64,000 bases of DNA from Bacteroidota bacterium (GCA_036340235.1 JAYYZE010000036.1:90872-154871), one strand, 5' to 3'; numbered from the stretch's first letter, positions 36,423 through 46,921 are shown. Translations and numbers: made by a program. The notes: generated by a model not told the origin, from the sequence alone.

Positions 36423-39411
36423 CGAGCAATTGTTGTATAATGTTAATGGCAGCTTCAGCAATGACTGTACCAGGACCGAAGACACCACTGACGCCTGAAT
36501 CAAATAAGTAGTCGTAATCTTGCTGAGGAATGACCCCGCCAGCAATGACTAAAATATCGCTTCTTCCCATTTCTTTTAATTCCTTAATCACTTGAGGGAC
36601 AAGGGTTTTGTGGCCGGCAGCTAAAGAAGATATGCCGAGTATATGAACGTCGTTTTCTATGGCCTGTTTAGCGGCTTCATGGGGCGTTTGGAAGAGGGGA
36701 CCCATGTCCACATCAAAGCCCAAATCGGCAAAGGAAGTGGCCACCACTTTAGCGCCTCTGTCGTGTCCGTCTTGTCCCATTTTGGCTACCATAATACGTG
36801 GTCGTCGGCCTTTTTGTTGAGCAAAAGCATTGGTCAGCTCTTGGGCTTTTTTGAAGTGAGGGTTGTTGTCTATTTCCATTTTATATACTCCAGATATTGA
36901 ACTACTTTGTGCTTGGTATCGTCCAAAAACACTTTCACAAGCATACGAAATTTCTCCTAAAGTGGCGTTTTTACGAGCAGCATCTACGGCCAATTCCAGT
37001 AGATTGCCTTGACTACTTTCACAAGCTTTGGTAAGGGATTGCAAAGCATCTTGAACGGCCCCTTCATCTCTATGGACTTTTAGTTCGTCCAAGCGTTTGA
37101 TTTGGGACAGTCTAACGGAGGTGTTGTCCACCTCTAGTATTTCTAAGTTTTGGTCTTCTGCTTTGATGGTGTATTTATTAACGCCCACAATGGTATCTTT
37201 TCCACTATCAATACGAGCTTGCTTTCTAGCAGCCGCTTCTTCAATACGCATTTTGGGTAGGCCTGTATCTATAGCTTTGGCCATACCGCCCAATTCTTCT
37301 ATCTCTTGAATATGTTGCCATGCTCTTTGTGCAATATCATGAGTCAGCTTTTCTACATAATAGGAACCGCCCCAAGGGTCAACGGTTTGGCACAGTCCAA
37401 TATCATTTTGCAAGTATATCTGTGTATCTCTAGCAATCTTAGCCGAAAAGTCCGTCGGTAGAGCTATGGCTTCATCCAATGCGTTGGTGTGCAAGGATTG
37501 TGTACCGCCCATGACAGCGGCCATGGCTTCTATGCACGTGCGGCTAACGTTATTGAAAGGGTCTTGTTCGGTCAAGCTCCATCCACTGGTTTGGCAATGC
37601 GTTCTGAGGGCTAAGGATTTTGGGTTTTTGGGATTAAATTTCTTAACGATTTTTGCCCACAACATTCGAGCGGCCCGCATTTTGGCAATCTCCATAAAGT
37701 GGTTCATACCAATACCCCAGAAGAATGACAGGCGAGGGGCGAAGGTATCAATTTCTAGTCCAGCCTCAATGCCTTTACGAATGTATTCTAAGCCGTCGGC
37801 TAGTGTATAGGCGAGTTCTATATCGGCGGTAGCGCCCGCTTCTTGCATGTGGTAGCCCGAAATGCTGATGCTGTTGAATTTGGGCATGTGTTGGGCCGTG
37901 TATTCAAAAATATTGGAAATGATACGCATGGAATGCTTGGGCGGATAGATGTAGGTATTACGTACCATAAATTCTTTAAGAATATCGTTTTGTATAGTAC
38001 CAGTCAAGTCGGATTTTTTGACGCCTTGTTGTTCGGCAGCGACTATGTAAAAAGCCATAATGGGCAATACGGCTCCGTTCATGGTCATGGAAACCGACAT
38101 TTTGTCTAACGGAATACCATCGAATAGGATGTTCATATCGGTAATGGAGTCAATGGCTACCCCGGCTTTGCCGACATCGCCTTCTACGCGCTTGTGGTCG
38201 GAATCGTAGCCACGGTGTGTGGCCAAGTCAAAGGCTACTGAAAGTCCTTTTTGACCAGCGGCTAAATTGCGACGGTAAAAGGCGTTGGATTCTTCAGCAG
38301 TGGAAAAACCAGCGTATTGACGAATGGTCCATGGCCGGCTGACGTACATGCTGGAGTAGGGGCCTCGTAAGTAGGGCGGAATGCCAGCGCCAAAATGTAG
38401 ATGCTCTGAGTCCTGGATGTCTTCTTTTTGGTATTGGGATTTGACCTCAATCTGTTCGGCCGTCTTCCAATGGGGTTTGGGCTTGTTTTCAATTTCCGTC
38501 TCTTGGCGCTGTGTTTTTAAAAAACGCTGTGTCAAGGCTTCAATATAATAACTGCCTGCGCCAGGGTCTTGTACTTTATCAAAAAAGCTTTCTTCTCGAA
38601 GTAAATGGTGTTGATTTCTAGCTAGCCTGTTTGAAAAGTCGTTGGGTGCCTCAAAGGATTGGTTGTATGGACGAATCATGAGGGCATCACAACCGCCAAA
38701 TATGGCCGACATACTTTCGGTAGTGGTTCGCAATAAATTGGTGTAGGGCTCTTCGCTTTGTTTATTGATTAAGGAAGTTTGAGCAAAAATCAATGGGATA
38801 GTATCATTAATTTCTTCGAAGGCAATGATAAAGGCCCTCATCTTGGCTATTTCTTGAAAATAGTTGCTCTGAATGGTAAAAACATATTGTGAACTAAGTT
38901 GCCCCTCTTCAATGGCTTGATAGATGTCGTTTACAAATACGGTGTGATAGACGTAGTTGGGTAGCGTTCCTTTTTCTTCTTGTCCATGTAATGCGCCTAG
39001 AATATCTTCTGGGTTAAGCTGTCGGTCAAGTACCAATTGTTCAAACTCTCGTATAGCTTCTAAGGAGTAGTTTTCAAAATCTATTCTTATGTGTTGAATG
39101 AGTATGTCTTTCAAAAGCGTTTTTAAATCCCTTGGGTTAGAAAAGCATAAAGCAGTCATGCCATTTTTCAAAGCTTCTATGGCTTGTCTGTTTGCCTTTT
39201 TTGGGTCACTTCCATCTATCCACTGAACGGACTCCCAAGTATGAGGCATGGCCAATGGCTTGAAATGTTGGTGGCTGTCGCTATGGTAGAAGGCTTGTGT
39301 GCCATCACTACTAGCTAAATCTTCAAAGCCTTTTCCTTTGAGGTCTGTTGTTAGCTTTTCCTTCCAGAAGTCGGTGGTGATAGGATTAAAATCAGAAAAT
39401 AGTTTACTCAT
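36415..39411 (-). CDS. mutB: Methylmalonyl-CoA mutase: single polypeptide with MutA-like N-terminal region fused to a complete MutB-type catalytic barrel and B12-binding domain
   Basis: Residues from about 320 onward carry MutB motifs ([45 protein letters not shown]). The C-terminal cobalamin-binding DxHxxG motif is [11 protein letters not shown]. The first roughly 305 aa resemble the non-catalytic small-subunit barrel. Confidence 0.92.
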   Translation of the reverse strand: MSKLFSDFNPITTDFWKEKLTTDLKGKGFEDLASSDGTQAFYHSDSHQHFKPLAMPHTWESVQWIDGSDPKKANRQAIEALKNGMTALCFSNPRDLKTLLKDILIQHIRIDFENYSLEAIREFEQLVLDRQLNPEDILGALHGQEEKGTLPNYVYHTVFVNDIYQAIEEGQLSSQYVFTIQSNYFQEIAKMRAFIIAFEEINDTIPLIFAQTSLINKQSEEPYTNLLRTTTESMSAIFGGCDALMIRPYNQSFEAPNDFSNRLARNQHHLLREESFFDKVQDPGAGSYYIEALTQRFLKTQRQETEIENKPKPHWKTAEQIEVKSQYQKEDIQDSEHLHFGAGIPPYLRGPYSSMYVSRPWTIRQYAGFSTAEESNAFYRRNLAAGQKGLSVAFDLATHRGYDSDHKRVEGDVGKAGVAIDSITDMNILFDGIPLDKMSVSMTMNGAVLPIMAFYIVAAEQQGVKKSDLTGTIQNDILKEFMVRNTYIYPPKHSMRIISNIFEYTAQHMPKFNSISISGYHMQEAGATADIELAYTLADGLEYIRKGIEAGLEIDTFAPRLSFFWGIGMNHFMEIAKMRAARMLWAKIVKKFNPKNPKSLALRTHCQTSGWSLTEQDPFNNVSRTCIEAMAAVMGGTQSLHTNALDEAIALPTDFSAKIARDTQIYLQNDIGLCQTVDPWGGSYYVEKLTHDIAQRAWQHIQEIEELGGMAKAIDTGLPKMRIEEAAARKQARIDSGKDTIVGVNKYTIKAEDQNLEILEVDNTSVRLSQIKRLDELKVHRDEGAVQDALQSLTKACESSQGNLLELAVDAARKNATLGEISYACESVFGRYQAQSSSISGVYKMEIDNNPHFKKAQELTNAFAQQKGRRPRIMVAKMGQDGHDRGAKVVATSFADLGFDVDMGPLFQTPHEAAKQAIENDVHILGISSLAAGHKTLVPQVIKELKEMGRSDILVIAGGVIPQQDYDYLFDSGVSGVFGPGTVIAEAAINIIQQLLDA

Positions 39412-39712
39412 CGTCTTTGATTATCACGATAATATCTTCATCATCCTTTTTCATGAAATATTTTTCTCGGGCGAACTTTTCCTGAGTCTCTTCATTGTTG
39501 GTTAGGTCAAAAAGGGTGATGCTGTCTTTTTCAATTTCTTTAAGATAATATTCCTTTTGCTGTTTTAACTCTTTGATTTCCGTTTTTAATCTGGATTGAT
39601 TTATCCAGTTGTTGGAGTCGAAAAAGGTCAACCAAATAAAAAGCACTAGTGTAACAACCACAAACTTATTTTTGAAAATAGGTGGTATTTTTTTGTAAAA
39701 CTCTTTGAGCAT
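39404..39712 (-). CDS. Septum formation initiator (FtsB/DivIC-like) protein
   Basis: 102 aa with a single N-terminal transmembrane helix followed by a coiled-coil ([22 protein letters not shown]) and the ARE(K)YFMKK motif typical of this family. It has an 8-nt overlap with the mutase start. Confidence 0.7.
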   Translation of the reverse strand: MLKEFYKKIPPIFKNKFVVVTLVLFIWLTFFDSNNWINQSRLKTEIKELKQQKEYYLKEIEKDSITLFDLTNNEETQEKFAREKYFMKKDDEDIIVIIKDDE

Positions 39713-39776
39713 GATTGTTGTAAAAGTATGAAAAATGGGTCGAATAGTACATTTATCAAACCTCCTGGCGTTTCTT

Positions 39777-41402
39777 TTAACCCAAAAACGGGTACCTATA
39801 ATCTTTAGCTGGAACGAATGTTTCTTTGATGGTTCGTGGCGATACCCATCTTAGTAGGTTTAATATTGATCCAGCTTTGTCATTAGTTCCAGACCCTCTA
39901 GCTCCTCCAAATGGTTGTTGGCCCACAACAGCACCCGTGGGTTTGTCGTTGATGTAGAAGTTTCCTGCGGCATTTTCTAATGCTTTGGAAGCCTCTTCAA
40001 TGGCGTATCGATCGGTTGAGAAGATAGCACCAGTTAGGGCATACTCACTAGTAGCGTCAACTAATTGTAGGGTCTTGTGCCAATCTTTTGGCTCATAGAC
40101 GTAAATGGTAATAACGGGTCCAAAAATTTCTTCGCACATGGTGCGGAAACCGGGGTTAGTGGTCACCACAATAGTGGGCTCTATGAAGTATCCCTTAGAT
40201 TTATCGTAATTACCTCCGGCAATTATTTCAGCATCCGATTGATCTTTGACAAAATCAATGTATTCGGCTATTCTGTCGAATGCTTTTTCATCAATAACGG
40301 CATTAATAAAATTTGAAGGGTCTTCAGGACTACCCATTCTAAATGACTTGGTATCGGCTATAATCTGTGTTTTGACATCTTCCCATATGTTTGAGGGAAT
40401 GTATGCCCTTGAAGCAGCAGAGCACTTTTGACCTTGGTATTCGAAGGCCCCTCTTGATATACCTGTTGCAACTTCTGAGGTAACCGCAGATTCATGAGCT
40501 ACAATGAAGTCTTTTCCACCTGTTTCTCCAACAATTCGAGGATAACTTCTGTATTTTTCGATGTTGTTACCAATGGTTTTCCATAGGTTTCTGAATACAC
40601 CAGTTGAACCAGTAAAGTGCAGGCCTGTAAAATCTTTGTGATTGAAAACGACATCGCCTAAAACGGGACCGCTGATGGGCAGCATATTTATTACACCATC
40701 AGGCAAGCCAGCGGCTTTGAATAAATCCATAATTACTTTTGCAGAGTAAACCTGTGTGGCGGCGGGTTTCCACAAAATGACATTACCCATCATAGCAGGA
40801 GCGGCGCATAGGTTGGCACAAATCGAAGTAAAGTTGAATGGGGTGATGGCTAGTACAAATCCTTCTAGTGGCCGGTGCTCTAGTCGATTCCACATGCCGG
40901 GGCCTGATTCGGGTTGTTCGCTGTAAAGTTGAGAAACGTATTCAGCATTGAACTTGAAAAAGTCGATTAGCTCGCAAGCAGCGTCAATCTCGGCCTGGAA
41001 TACATTTTTTGATTGTGCCAACATGGTAGCGGCATTGAGTTTAGCTCTGAATGGCCCAGCCAATAAATCGGCGGCTTTCAAAAAGATAGAAACCCTTTGA
41101 TGCCATGGCATAGCAGCCCATTGTTCTCTTGCTGAGAGGGCGGCGTCAATGGCCATGTGAACGTGTTCGCTAGAAGCCATGCTAAATTGTCCCAGTGAAT
41201 GTTGGTGGTCGTGAGGGGGTGACATGCTTCGCTTGTCAGTGGTGTGAAGTTCTTTACTACCTATGTACAGAGGTACATCGATTGTTGAGTTATACATTTG
41301 TTTGTATATGCTCAATAATTCTTCTCTTTCTGGACTGGCTGGCTCGTACGATTTGACGGGCTCATTGGAAGCTACGGGAACATTAAAAACGCCTTTGGAC
41401 AT
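39777..41402 (-). CDS. pruA: L-glutamate gamma-semialdehyde (1-pyrroline-5-carboxylate) dehydrogenase
   Basis: Aldehyde dehydrogenase motifs VGETGGKD and EYQGQKCSAASR (catalytic Cys) are present. The N-terminus FNVPVASNEPVKSYEPASPER is typical of PruA. The start at 41402 is favoured because a -7 box lies inside the longer ORF call. Confidence 0.9.
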   Translation of the reverse strand: MSKGVFNVPVASNEPVKSYEPASPEREELLSIYKQMYNSTIDVPLYIGSKELHTTDKRSMSPPHDHQHSLGQFSMASSEHVHMAIDAALSAREQWAAMPWHQRVSIFLKAADLLAGPFRAKLNAATMLAQSKNVFQAEIDAACELIDFFKFNAEYVSQLYSEQPESGPGMWNRLEHRPLEGFVLAITPFNFTSICANLCAAPAMMGNVILWKPAATQVYSAKVIMDLFKAAGLPDGVINMLPISGPVLGDVVFNHKDFTGLHFTGSTGVFRNLWKTIGNNIEKYRSYPRIVGETGGKDFIVAHESAVTSEVATGISRGAFEYQGQKCSAASRAYIPSNIWEDVKTQIIADTKSFRMGSPEDPSNFINAVIDEKAFDRIAEYIDFVKDQSDAEIIAGGNYDKSKGYFIEPTIVVTTNPGFRTMCEEIFGPVITIYVYEPKDWHKTLQLVDATSEYALTGAIFSTDRYAIEEASKALENAAGNFYINDKPTGAVVGQQPFGGARGSGTNDKAGSILNLLRWVSPRTIKETFVPAKDYRYPFLG

Positions 41403-41435
41403 AGTTTCATTTTTTTTTAGTATAATAATTGGTTG

Positions 41436-41464
41436 CAAATTTATAGGAATATACCATCATAACA
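41436..41464 (-). promoter_or_regulatory. Candidate Bacteroidota promoter (TTG -33, TAAATTTG -7) for pruA
   Basis: On the minus strand TTG (41464..41462) is followed after 18 nt by TAAATTTG (41443..41436). The motif ends 33 nt upstream of the 41402 ATG. Confidence 0.35.
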
Positions 41465-42818
41465 AGTCTTTTGAAGTCAGTTTTTTCAAACCAATAAGTT
41501 GATCGTATTGTTCGCCGGTGGGGCGATGGTAAATGTATATGTAGTAGTCGTTGACTGTCTGGTAGTGAGTTCCCTCAATAAAGCGATTAAGTGTTTCACC
41601 GTCGTATTTTTTCAGAACGTATTCGTAATTATAATAACCTTGTTTGAGGTATATATCGCATTCGTATTGTCCAGTTTCAGCGTTGTATTTCATCTTGTGG
41701 GTTTTTGGAAACTCAAAATCACTAATTTGACCAAAAACATATAAATCACCATGCGTCACTTCGTGCTCATAGGTAAGTGTAAAACGTACCAGGGCGTAAT
41801 CGGCTTCCGTTTGGCTTTGACTTCCTTCTTGTACACGAACTAGGCATTTGCCATTGATGTCTTGTACTAATGAAGAATAACGTTGAAAGGGTCGTGGATA
41901 ATCGGTTATTAGGTGTATTTTATTGGTGTCGTTTTCAAAATAGATATTAGAAAGTCGTTCTGAAAGATAACGTAAGCTTTGAAATTCAAAAAAGCGGTAT
42001 TCATTGCCAGCATCAAAACAATTTTCTTCTTCGTAATCATAAACGATTTCTTGGTCTTTGACAAAAACAGCTTGCAGACCATTAATGCTGTTATCCCAAC
42101 GTCCGTTTTGAAGAATAACAGGAAAGATGTCACTAAAGGGATTGTCGATTTCGTAAGCAGGGTGCTTAACTGTGAAGTCTATCTCATGCTGATAATTTCT
42201 TTGATTCAAATCAGTGGCTCGTTTGACACTCCCTTCAATACTGACTTGTTCGTCGATAACCATAAATCGTTTGCTTAAAATAGGCTTATCTCTATTGGTT
42301 TCGTCAAATACTTGTAAAATATAATTTCCTGACAACATAGGCTTCATTCTTTGACTAGGAATATTGGCTGTGTAATGAATATAGTTTTGTATGGTATTAA
42401 AAGAAAATTGATAGTTAGTGATAACTTCTTCAAAAAACCCATCAATGTATTCGCTTTGTAATAAATCGGAGGGTGTCCAATCGGCATTGCAGTGAGTGTA
42501 TGTATAATAATAGTTTTTGGGATTTTCTGTTAGTTCGTCGAACGATAGCGAAAGCGTCTCACTACTTCCCAGCCTCAGTAAGGGGTTTCCTAACTCAAAG
42601 CCTTGGGGATACAAAAAAACCGATTTAATGCTTGGTTTGTAAATAGCATTTTGAAGCTGAAAGTAGGAAGGTGGTTCTACAATTGGTAATGTGTCAATTT
42701 TTTCTTCGAGCAAATCAATGGATGGTTGAAACTCAACCGAAGTTATTTTTTTAGAATTGTTGCAGGCCCAAAAAAATGAAATTAGAATTAGTAATGAAAT
42801 GAATTTATGTGCTAACAA
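41457..42818 (-). CDS. DUF5103 family protein (T9SS plug-protein-like)
   Basis: Signal peptide. LSLSFDEL...YYYTYTHCNADWTPSDLLQSEYIDGF, SGNYILQVFD, GNEYRFFEF, LKQGYYNYEYV and YIYIYHRPTGEQYDQLIG match my recollection of the DUF5103/PF17116 pattern. Not verified by search. Confidence 0.55.
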   Translation of the reverse strand: MLAHKFISLLILISFFWACNNSKKITSVEFQPSIDLLEEKIDTLPIVEPPSYFQLQNAIYKPSIKSVFLYPQGFELGNPLLRLGSSETLSLSFDELTENPKNYYYTYTHCNADWTPSDLLQSEYIDGFFEEVITNYQFSFNTIQNYIHYTANIPSQRMKPMLSGNYILQVFDETNRDKPILSKRFMVIDEQVSIEGSVKRATDLNQRNYQHEIDFTVKHPAYEIDNPFSDIFPVILQNGRWDNSINGLQAVFVKDQEIVYDYEEENCFDAGNEYRFFEFQSLRYLSERLSNIYFENDTNKIHLITDYPRPFQRYSSLVQDINGKCLVRVQEGSQSQTEADYALVRFTLTYEHEVTHGDLYVFGQISDFEFPKTHKMKYNAETGQYECDIYLKQGYYNYEYVLKKYDGETLNRFIEGTHYQTVNDYYIYIYHRPTGEQYDQLIGLKKLTSKDLL

Positions 42819-42927
42819 ATGACTATTTTTTTTGTGAAAAATTAGTTTTTTAAACCACTATAATACCAATTTTGGCCTCTTTATTTAGAATCGTTATAAA
42901 TTGAAAATTCTTGTCAATATTTGGGTT

Positions 42928-42956
42928 TTGTAGTTTAATACAAATGTATATTTTTG
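42928..42956 (+). promoter_or_regulatory. Candidate Bacteroidota promoter for the nqr operon
   Basis: TTG (42928..42930) is followed after 18 nt by TATTTTTG (42949..42956, TAnnTTTG). The motif ends 32 nt upstream of the nqrA ATG at 42989. Confidence 0.35.
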
Positions 42957-42988
42957 CTTCGAAAATACATAATCTTACACAATTTAAG

Positions 42989-44341
42989 ATGTCAAAAGAT
43001 ATCCGATTAAAAAAAGGCCTCAACATAACCCTCCAGGGAGAGGCCGATAAGGTTTACGCCAGCATTCCCCAATCTGAATTTTTTTGTTTGAAACCCACCG
43101 ATTTTCATGGCCTTACGCCCAAGCTAACGGTCAAAGAAGGAGACAAAGTACAAGCCGGTAGTTGTTTGTTCTTTGATAAATATAATGACAAGATACGTTT
43201 TGCTTCGCCAATTAGTGGAAGTGTAGAAGCCATAGTACGTGGTGCTAAACGCAAAATTCTTGAAATTAAACTCAAGGCAGACAGCGAAATCGTTTATCAA
43301 AAATTCCCTGTTGTTGAGGGTGTCAATAGTAGGGACGAGATTATTGACACCTTGCTTGAGAGTGGTGTTTGGCCTTTTATTCGCCAAAAACCATTTGATG
43401 TTGTAGCCAATCCAACAGATAAGCCTAAAGCAATTTTCATCTCAACGTTTAACACAGCGCCACTTTCTCCAGATAATGACTTTGTTGTACATGGCTTAGA
43501 CGATGAATTTCAAAAGGGTATTGATATCTTAACTAGATTGACAGATGGTTTGGTTCATCTTAATGTTGATGGCACTACCAACCCTTCAAAGGTATTTACA
43601 TCCTGTAAAGGCGTTACTTTAAATAAAATCTCCGGGGTTCATCCTGCTGGCAATGTCGGCGTTCAAATTCATCACATTGATCCAATCAACAAAGGGGAAG
43701 TGATTTGGTATTTGTATCCTCAGGATGTATTAACAATTGCACGTCTTTTTACTGATGGAAAATACGACGTTTCTAGGATTGTGGCTTTAACAGGACCCCA
43801 AGTTGAAAAACCTCGGTACTATCGAACAATTGCTGGTGCATCTATTAAAAATATGTTGGATCAAAATACTGTAGTTGGTGAAAACAACCGATTCATTAGT
43901 GGAAATGTTTTGACAGGAGATCAAATAGAGCAAGATGGTTACCTGGGTTTTTATGATTCTCAAATAACTATTTTGGAAGAAGGTAATCAACAAGCTTTTC
44001 TAGGTTGGCTGTCACCCAATCTAGATAAGTTTTCTATGTCAAAGTCTTATTTTTCTTGGTTGTTTCCCTCTAGAAAATATGCCCTCAACACCAATTATAA
44101 CGGTGAAGAAAGGGCTTATGTGGTCACTGGCCAATACGAAAAAGTATTGCCGATGGACATTTACCCTATGCAATTAATAAAGGCTTGTCTAATTGAAGAC
44201 ATTGACCAAATGGAACAATTAGGGATTTATGAAATATCGCCTGAGGATGTTGCTTTGTGCGAGTTTGTTTGTACCTCAAAAATGGAAGTACAAAGTATTA
44301 TAAGAGAAGGATTAGATTTGATAAAAAAAGAATGTAGTTAG
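42989..44341 (+). CDS. nqrA: Na+-translocating NADH:quinone oxidoreductase subunit A
   Basis: MSKDIRLKKGLNITLQGEA is a typical NqrA N-terminus. It is the first gene of a six-gene nqr block. I chose the ATG at 42989 over the TTG at 42911. Confidence 0.92.
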   Translation: MSKDIRLKKGLNITLQGEADKVYASIPQSEFFCLKPTDFHGLTPKLTVKEGDKVQAGSCLFFDKYNDKIRFASPISGSVEAIVRGAKRKILEIKLKADSEIVYQKFPVVEGVNSRDEIIDTLLESGVWPFIRQKPFDVVANPTDKPKAIFISTFNTAPLSPDNDFVVHGLDDEFQKGIDILTRLTDGLVHLNVDGTTNPSKVFTSCKGVTLNKISGVHPAGNVGVQIHHIDPINKGEVIWYLYPQDVLTIARLFTDGKYDVSRIVALTGPQVEKPRYYRTIAGASIKNMLDQNTVVGENNRFISGNVLTGDQIEQDGYLGFYDSQITILEEGNQQAFLGWLSPNLDKFSMSKSYFSWLFPSRKYALNTNYNGEERAYVVTGQYEKVLPMDIYPMQLIKACLIEDIDQMEQLGIYEISPEDVALCEFVCTSKMEVQSIIREGLDLIKKECS

Positions 44342-44343
44342 AC

Positions 44344-45495
44344 ATGAAGTTATTTAAAAATTTGTTAGAGGCTGCGAAGCCACACTTTGAAAAAGGGGGT
44401 AAATTAGAAAAAATGTATCCGGCATACGATGCCTTTGAGACATTTTTATTTGTTCCTAATCACACCACCCACAAGGGGGCTCATATAAGGGATGCCATTG
44501 ATTTAAAGCGCACCATGTTTTTGGTTATCATTGCGCTTATTCCGTGCATGTTGTTTGGTATGTGGAACGTAGGTTATCAATATCACTTAGCCATTGGCGA
44601 AACAGCTACACTATTTGAAAATTTCATCTTTGGATTTTGGAAATTCATACCACTAATAATTGTGTCTTATGCTGTTGGATTGGCAGTAGAGTTTGCTTTT
44701 GCCATTTACAGAGGCCATTCTGTTAATGAAGGTTACTTGGTGACAGGGCTTTTAATTCCGCTTACAATGCCGATTGATGTTCCACTTTGGATGTTAGCCA
44801 TCTCTGTCATTTTTGCTGTTGTAATAGGCAAAGAGGTATTTGGAGGTACAGGAATGAACATATTAAATCCAGCGTTGACCGCTAGGGCTTTTTTATTCTT
44901 CGCTTATCCGATATTTATGTCGGGCGACAAGGTCTGGGTTCACAAAGCCATGGTAGATGGCCATTCTGGTTCTACCATATTGGGAGAGTTAGCAGCATCA
45001 AGTTCCTGGCAATCATTAAATTGGAGTTCTATGGAGATGATGATTGGCTCCATACCAGGTTCCGTAGGAGAAACCTCATTTATAGCTATTGCATTAGGTG
45101 CTATTATTCTTATTGCTACTGGAATTGGTAGTTGGCGAATTATTCTCTCCACATTTGTAGGAGGGTTTGTTATGGCCTCTTTATTTAACCTTTGGGGAGC
45201 TAACGAGTTAATGACAACGCCAGCAGAAATACACTTAATCATAGGAAGTTTTGCTTTTGGAGCAGTTTTTATGGCTACTGACCCCGTAACGGGTTCGCAA
45301 ACCAACAAAGGAAAGTACATATACGGTTTCCTCATTGGTGTGTTTGCTATTCTTATTAGGGTTTTCAATCCAGCCTATCCCGAAGGAATGATGTTAGCAA
45401 TTCTTTTGATGAATATCTTTGCTCCATTGATTGACCACTACGTACTTCAATCTAATATTAACAAACGTTTAAAAAGACTAAAAACAATACAATAA
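44344..45495 (+). CDS. nqrB: Na+-NQR subunit B
   Basis: Polytopic membrane protein. GGTGMNILNPAL and FMATDPVT motifs are present, plus an FMN-attachment-type site DGHSGSTILG. Confidence 0.95.
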   Translation: MKLFKNLLEAAKPHFEKGGKLEKMYPAYDAFETFLFVPNHTTHKGAHIRDAIDLKRTMFLVIIALIPCMLFGMWNVGYQYHLAIGETATLFENFIFGFWKFIPLIIVSYAVGLAVEFAFAIYRGHSVNEGYLVTGLLIPLTMPIDVPLWMLAISVIFAVVIGKEVFGGTGMNILNPALTARAFLFFAYPIFMSGDKVWVHKAMVDGHSGSTILGELAASSSWQSLNWSSMEMMIGSIPGSVGETSFIAIALGAIILIATGIGSWRIILSTFVGGFVMASLFNLWGANELMTTPAEIHLIIGSFAFGAVFMATDPVTGSQTNKGKYIYGFLIGVFAILIRVFNPAYPEGMMLAILLMNIFAPLIDHYVLQSNINKRLKRLKTIQ

Positions 45496-46262
45496 TGGAT
45501 GTAAATAAAAACACATATATTTTTGGTTTTGCGGCCATAATGGTTGTTTTAGTAGCTTCCTTGTTGTCGACAGCAGCTATCAGCCTAAAGCCCTTGCAGG
45601 ACATAAACATAGAAGCTGAAAAAAAACAAAATATTCTCACTACTTTAGGTATTGAGGTAACTAGAGAGGAAGCGGCTGATATCTATAAGCAAAAAATCAC
45701 TAACTCTTATGTCATTGATGACAAAGGTCAGGTGGTGGATGGCGATGCATTTACTATCGATTTAGGAAAAGAGCTTAAGAAAGATAAGTCAGAACAGGTC
45801 TTTCCCATATTCGAAAGTGAAGATAACGGTTCCACATCTTACATAATTCCATTAAGAGGAAAGGGACTTTGGGGACCGATTTGGGGGTATTTAGCTTTAA
45901 AGGATGATATGAGTACCATTTCAGGTGCTGTTTTTGATCACAAGTCAGAAACACCTGGCTTAGGGGCCGAGATATCATTGTCATGGTTCCAAGAGCCATT
46001 TATTGGAAAGCAATTGTTTGATGGTACAGAGTTTAAATCGGTTACTGTTGTTAAAGGAGGTGCTTCCGAAGACGATATGCACGGTGTTGATGGAATATCT
46101 GGAGGTACTATTACTGCCGACGGTGTTACTGACATGTTACAAGAACGATTGACTAACTATCTTCCTTTTATGATGGCTAAAATGAATACCATTCAAGAAC
46201 TGGAAGTTGATAGTACATTGTCTGATACAACAGCTATTTACACATTAAATAATTTACAATAA
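45495..46262 (+). CDS. nqrC: Na+-NQR subunit C
   Basis: Single N-terminal transmembrane helix. ETPGLGAEI is present, and the flavinylation motif is VDGISGGTITADG. Confidence 0.95.
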   Translation: MDVNKNTYIFGFAAIMVVLVASLLSTAAISLKPLQDINIEAEKKQNILTTLGIEVTREEAADIYKQKITNSYVIDDKGQVVDGDAFTIDLGKELKKDKSEQVFPIFESEDNGSTSYIIPLRGKGLWGPIWGYLALKDDMSTISGAVFDHKSETPGLGAEISLSWFQEPFIGKQLFDGTEFKSVTVVKGGASEDDMHGVDGISGGTITADGVTDMLQERLTNYLPFMMAKMNTIQELEVDSTLSDTTAIYTLNNLQ

Positions 46263-46909
46263 TGAGTAATAAAAAAGAATCTTTGTTTTCTGCCAAAAAC
46301 AGAAAATTAATTACGGATCCATTAAACGACAACAACCCTGTAACAACGCAAGTTTTAGGAATTTGTTCTGCTTTAGCAATTACCGTTCAACTCAAACCCG
46401 CTGTGGTTATGGCCATATCAGTTATTGTAGTAATGTGTGTGGCTAACGTGGTGGTATCACTGATGCGAAACTTAATCCCTTCTAGAATTCGAATTATTGT
46501 ACAGCTAGTCGTTATTGCTACACTGGTTATTTTAGTTGATCAAGTACTAAGAGCTTTTGTGTATGATGTTAGCAAGGAGCTATCTGTTTTTGTTGGTCTC
46601 ATTATTACTAACTGTATCATCATGGGTCGTTTAGAGGCCTTTGCTTTAGGAAACAAACCTTGGAAGTCATTTTTAGATGGCTTGGGTAACGCCTTTGGTT
46701 ATGGATGGATTTTAATAGCCGTGGCCTTTTTTAGAGAGTTACTTGGGGCTGGTACTTTGTACGGCTATCCAGTATTGGAAAAGCTAGGACTCTACGAATT
46801 AGGGTATGAAAATAATGGAATGATGATTTTGCCCCCAATGGCACTCGTTACTGTAGGTGTCATTATATGGATACAACGATATAAAAACAGAGATTTGATT
46901 GAATCCTAA
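46262..46909 (+). CDS. nqrD: Na+-NQR subunit D
   Basis: 215-aa membrane protein. DPLNDNNPVTTQVLGICSALA and ITNCIIMGR are RnfE/NqrD motifs. Confidence 0.95.
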   Translation: MSNKKESLFSAKNRKLITDPLNDNNPVTTQVLGICSALAITVQLKPAVVMAISVIVVMCVANVVVSLMRNLIPSRIRIIVQLVVIATLVILVDQVLRAFVYDVSKELSVFVGLIITNCIIMGRLEAFALGNKPWKSFLDGLGNAFGYGWILIAVAFFRELLGAGTLYGYPVLEKLGLYELGYENNGMMILPPMALVTVGVIIWIQRYKNRDLIES

Positions 46910-46921
46910 ACAATTAAGATT

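Noticed and set aside
34787-38492. Many ORFs of 60-124 aa on the strand opposite the EamA, meaB and mutase genes, or in alternative frames (e.g. 34846..35220, 35946..36278, 37466..37810, 37843..38109).
   Set aside because: They lie entirely inside well-supported genes with strong family motifs. Their composition is low-complexity and Arg/Gly/Pro-rich, typical of shadow frames in GC-richer DNA.
39404-39480. Cobalamin riboswitch upstream of the B12-dependent mutase.
   Set aside because: There is no non-coding space, because the mutase start overlaps the upstream ftsB-like gene by 8 nt.
44940-45368. 142-aa ORF antisense to nqrB.
   Set aside because: It is fully embedded in nqrB, which has unambiguous motifs, so it is an antisense shadow ORF.
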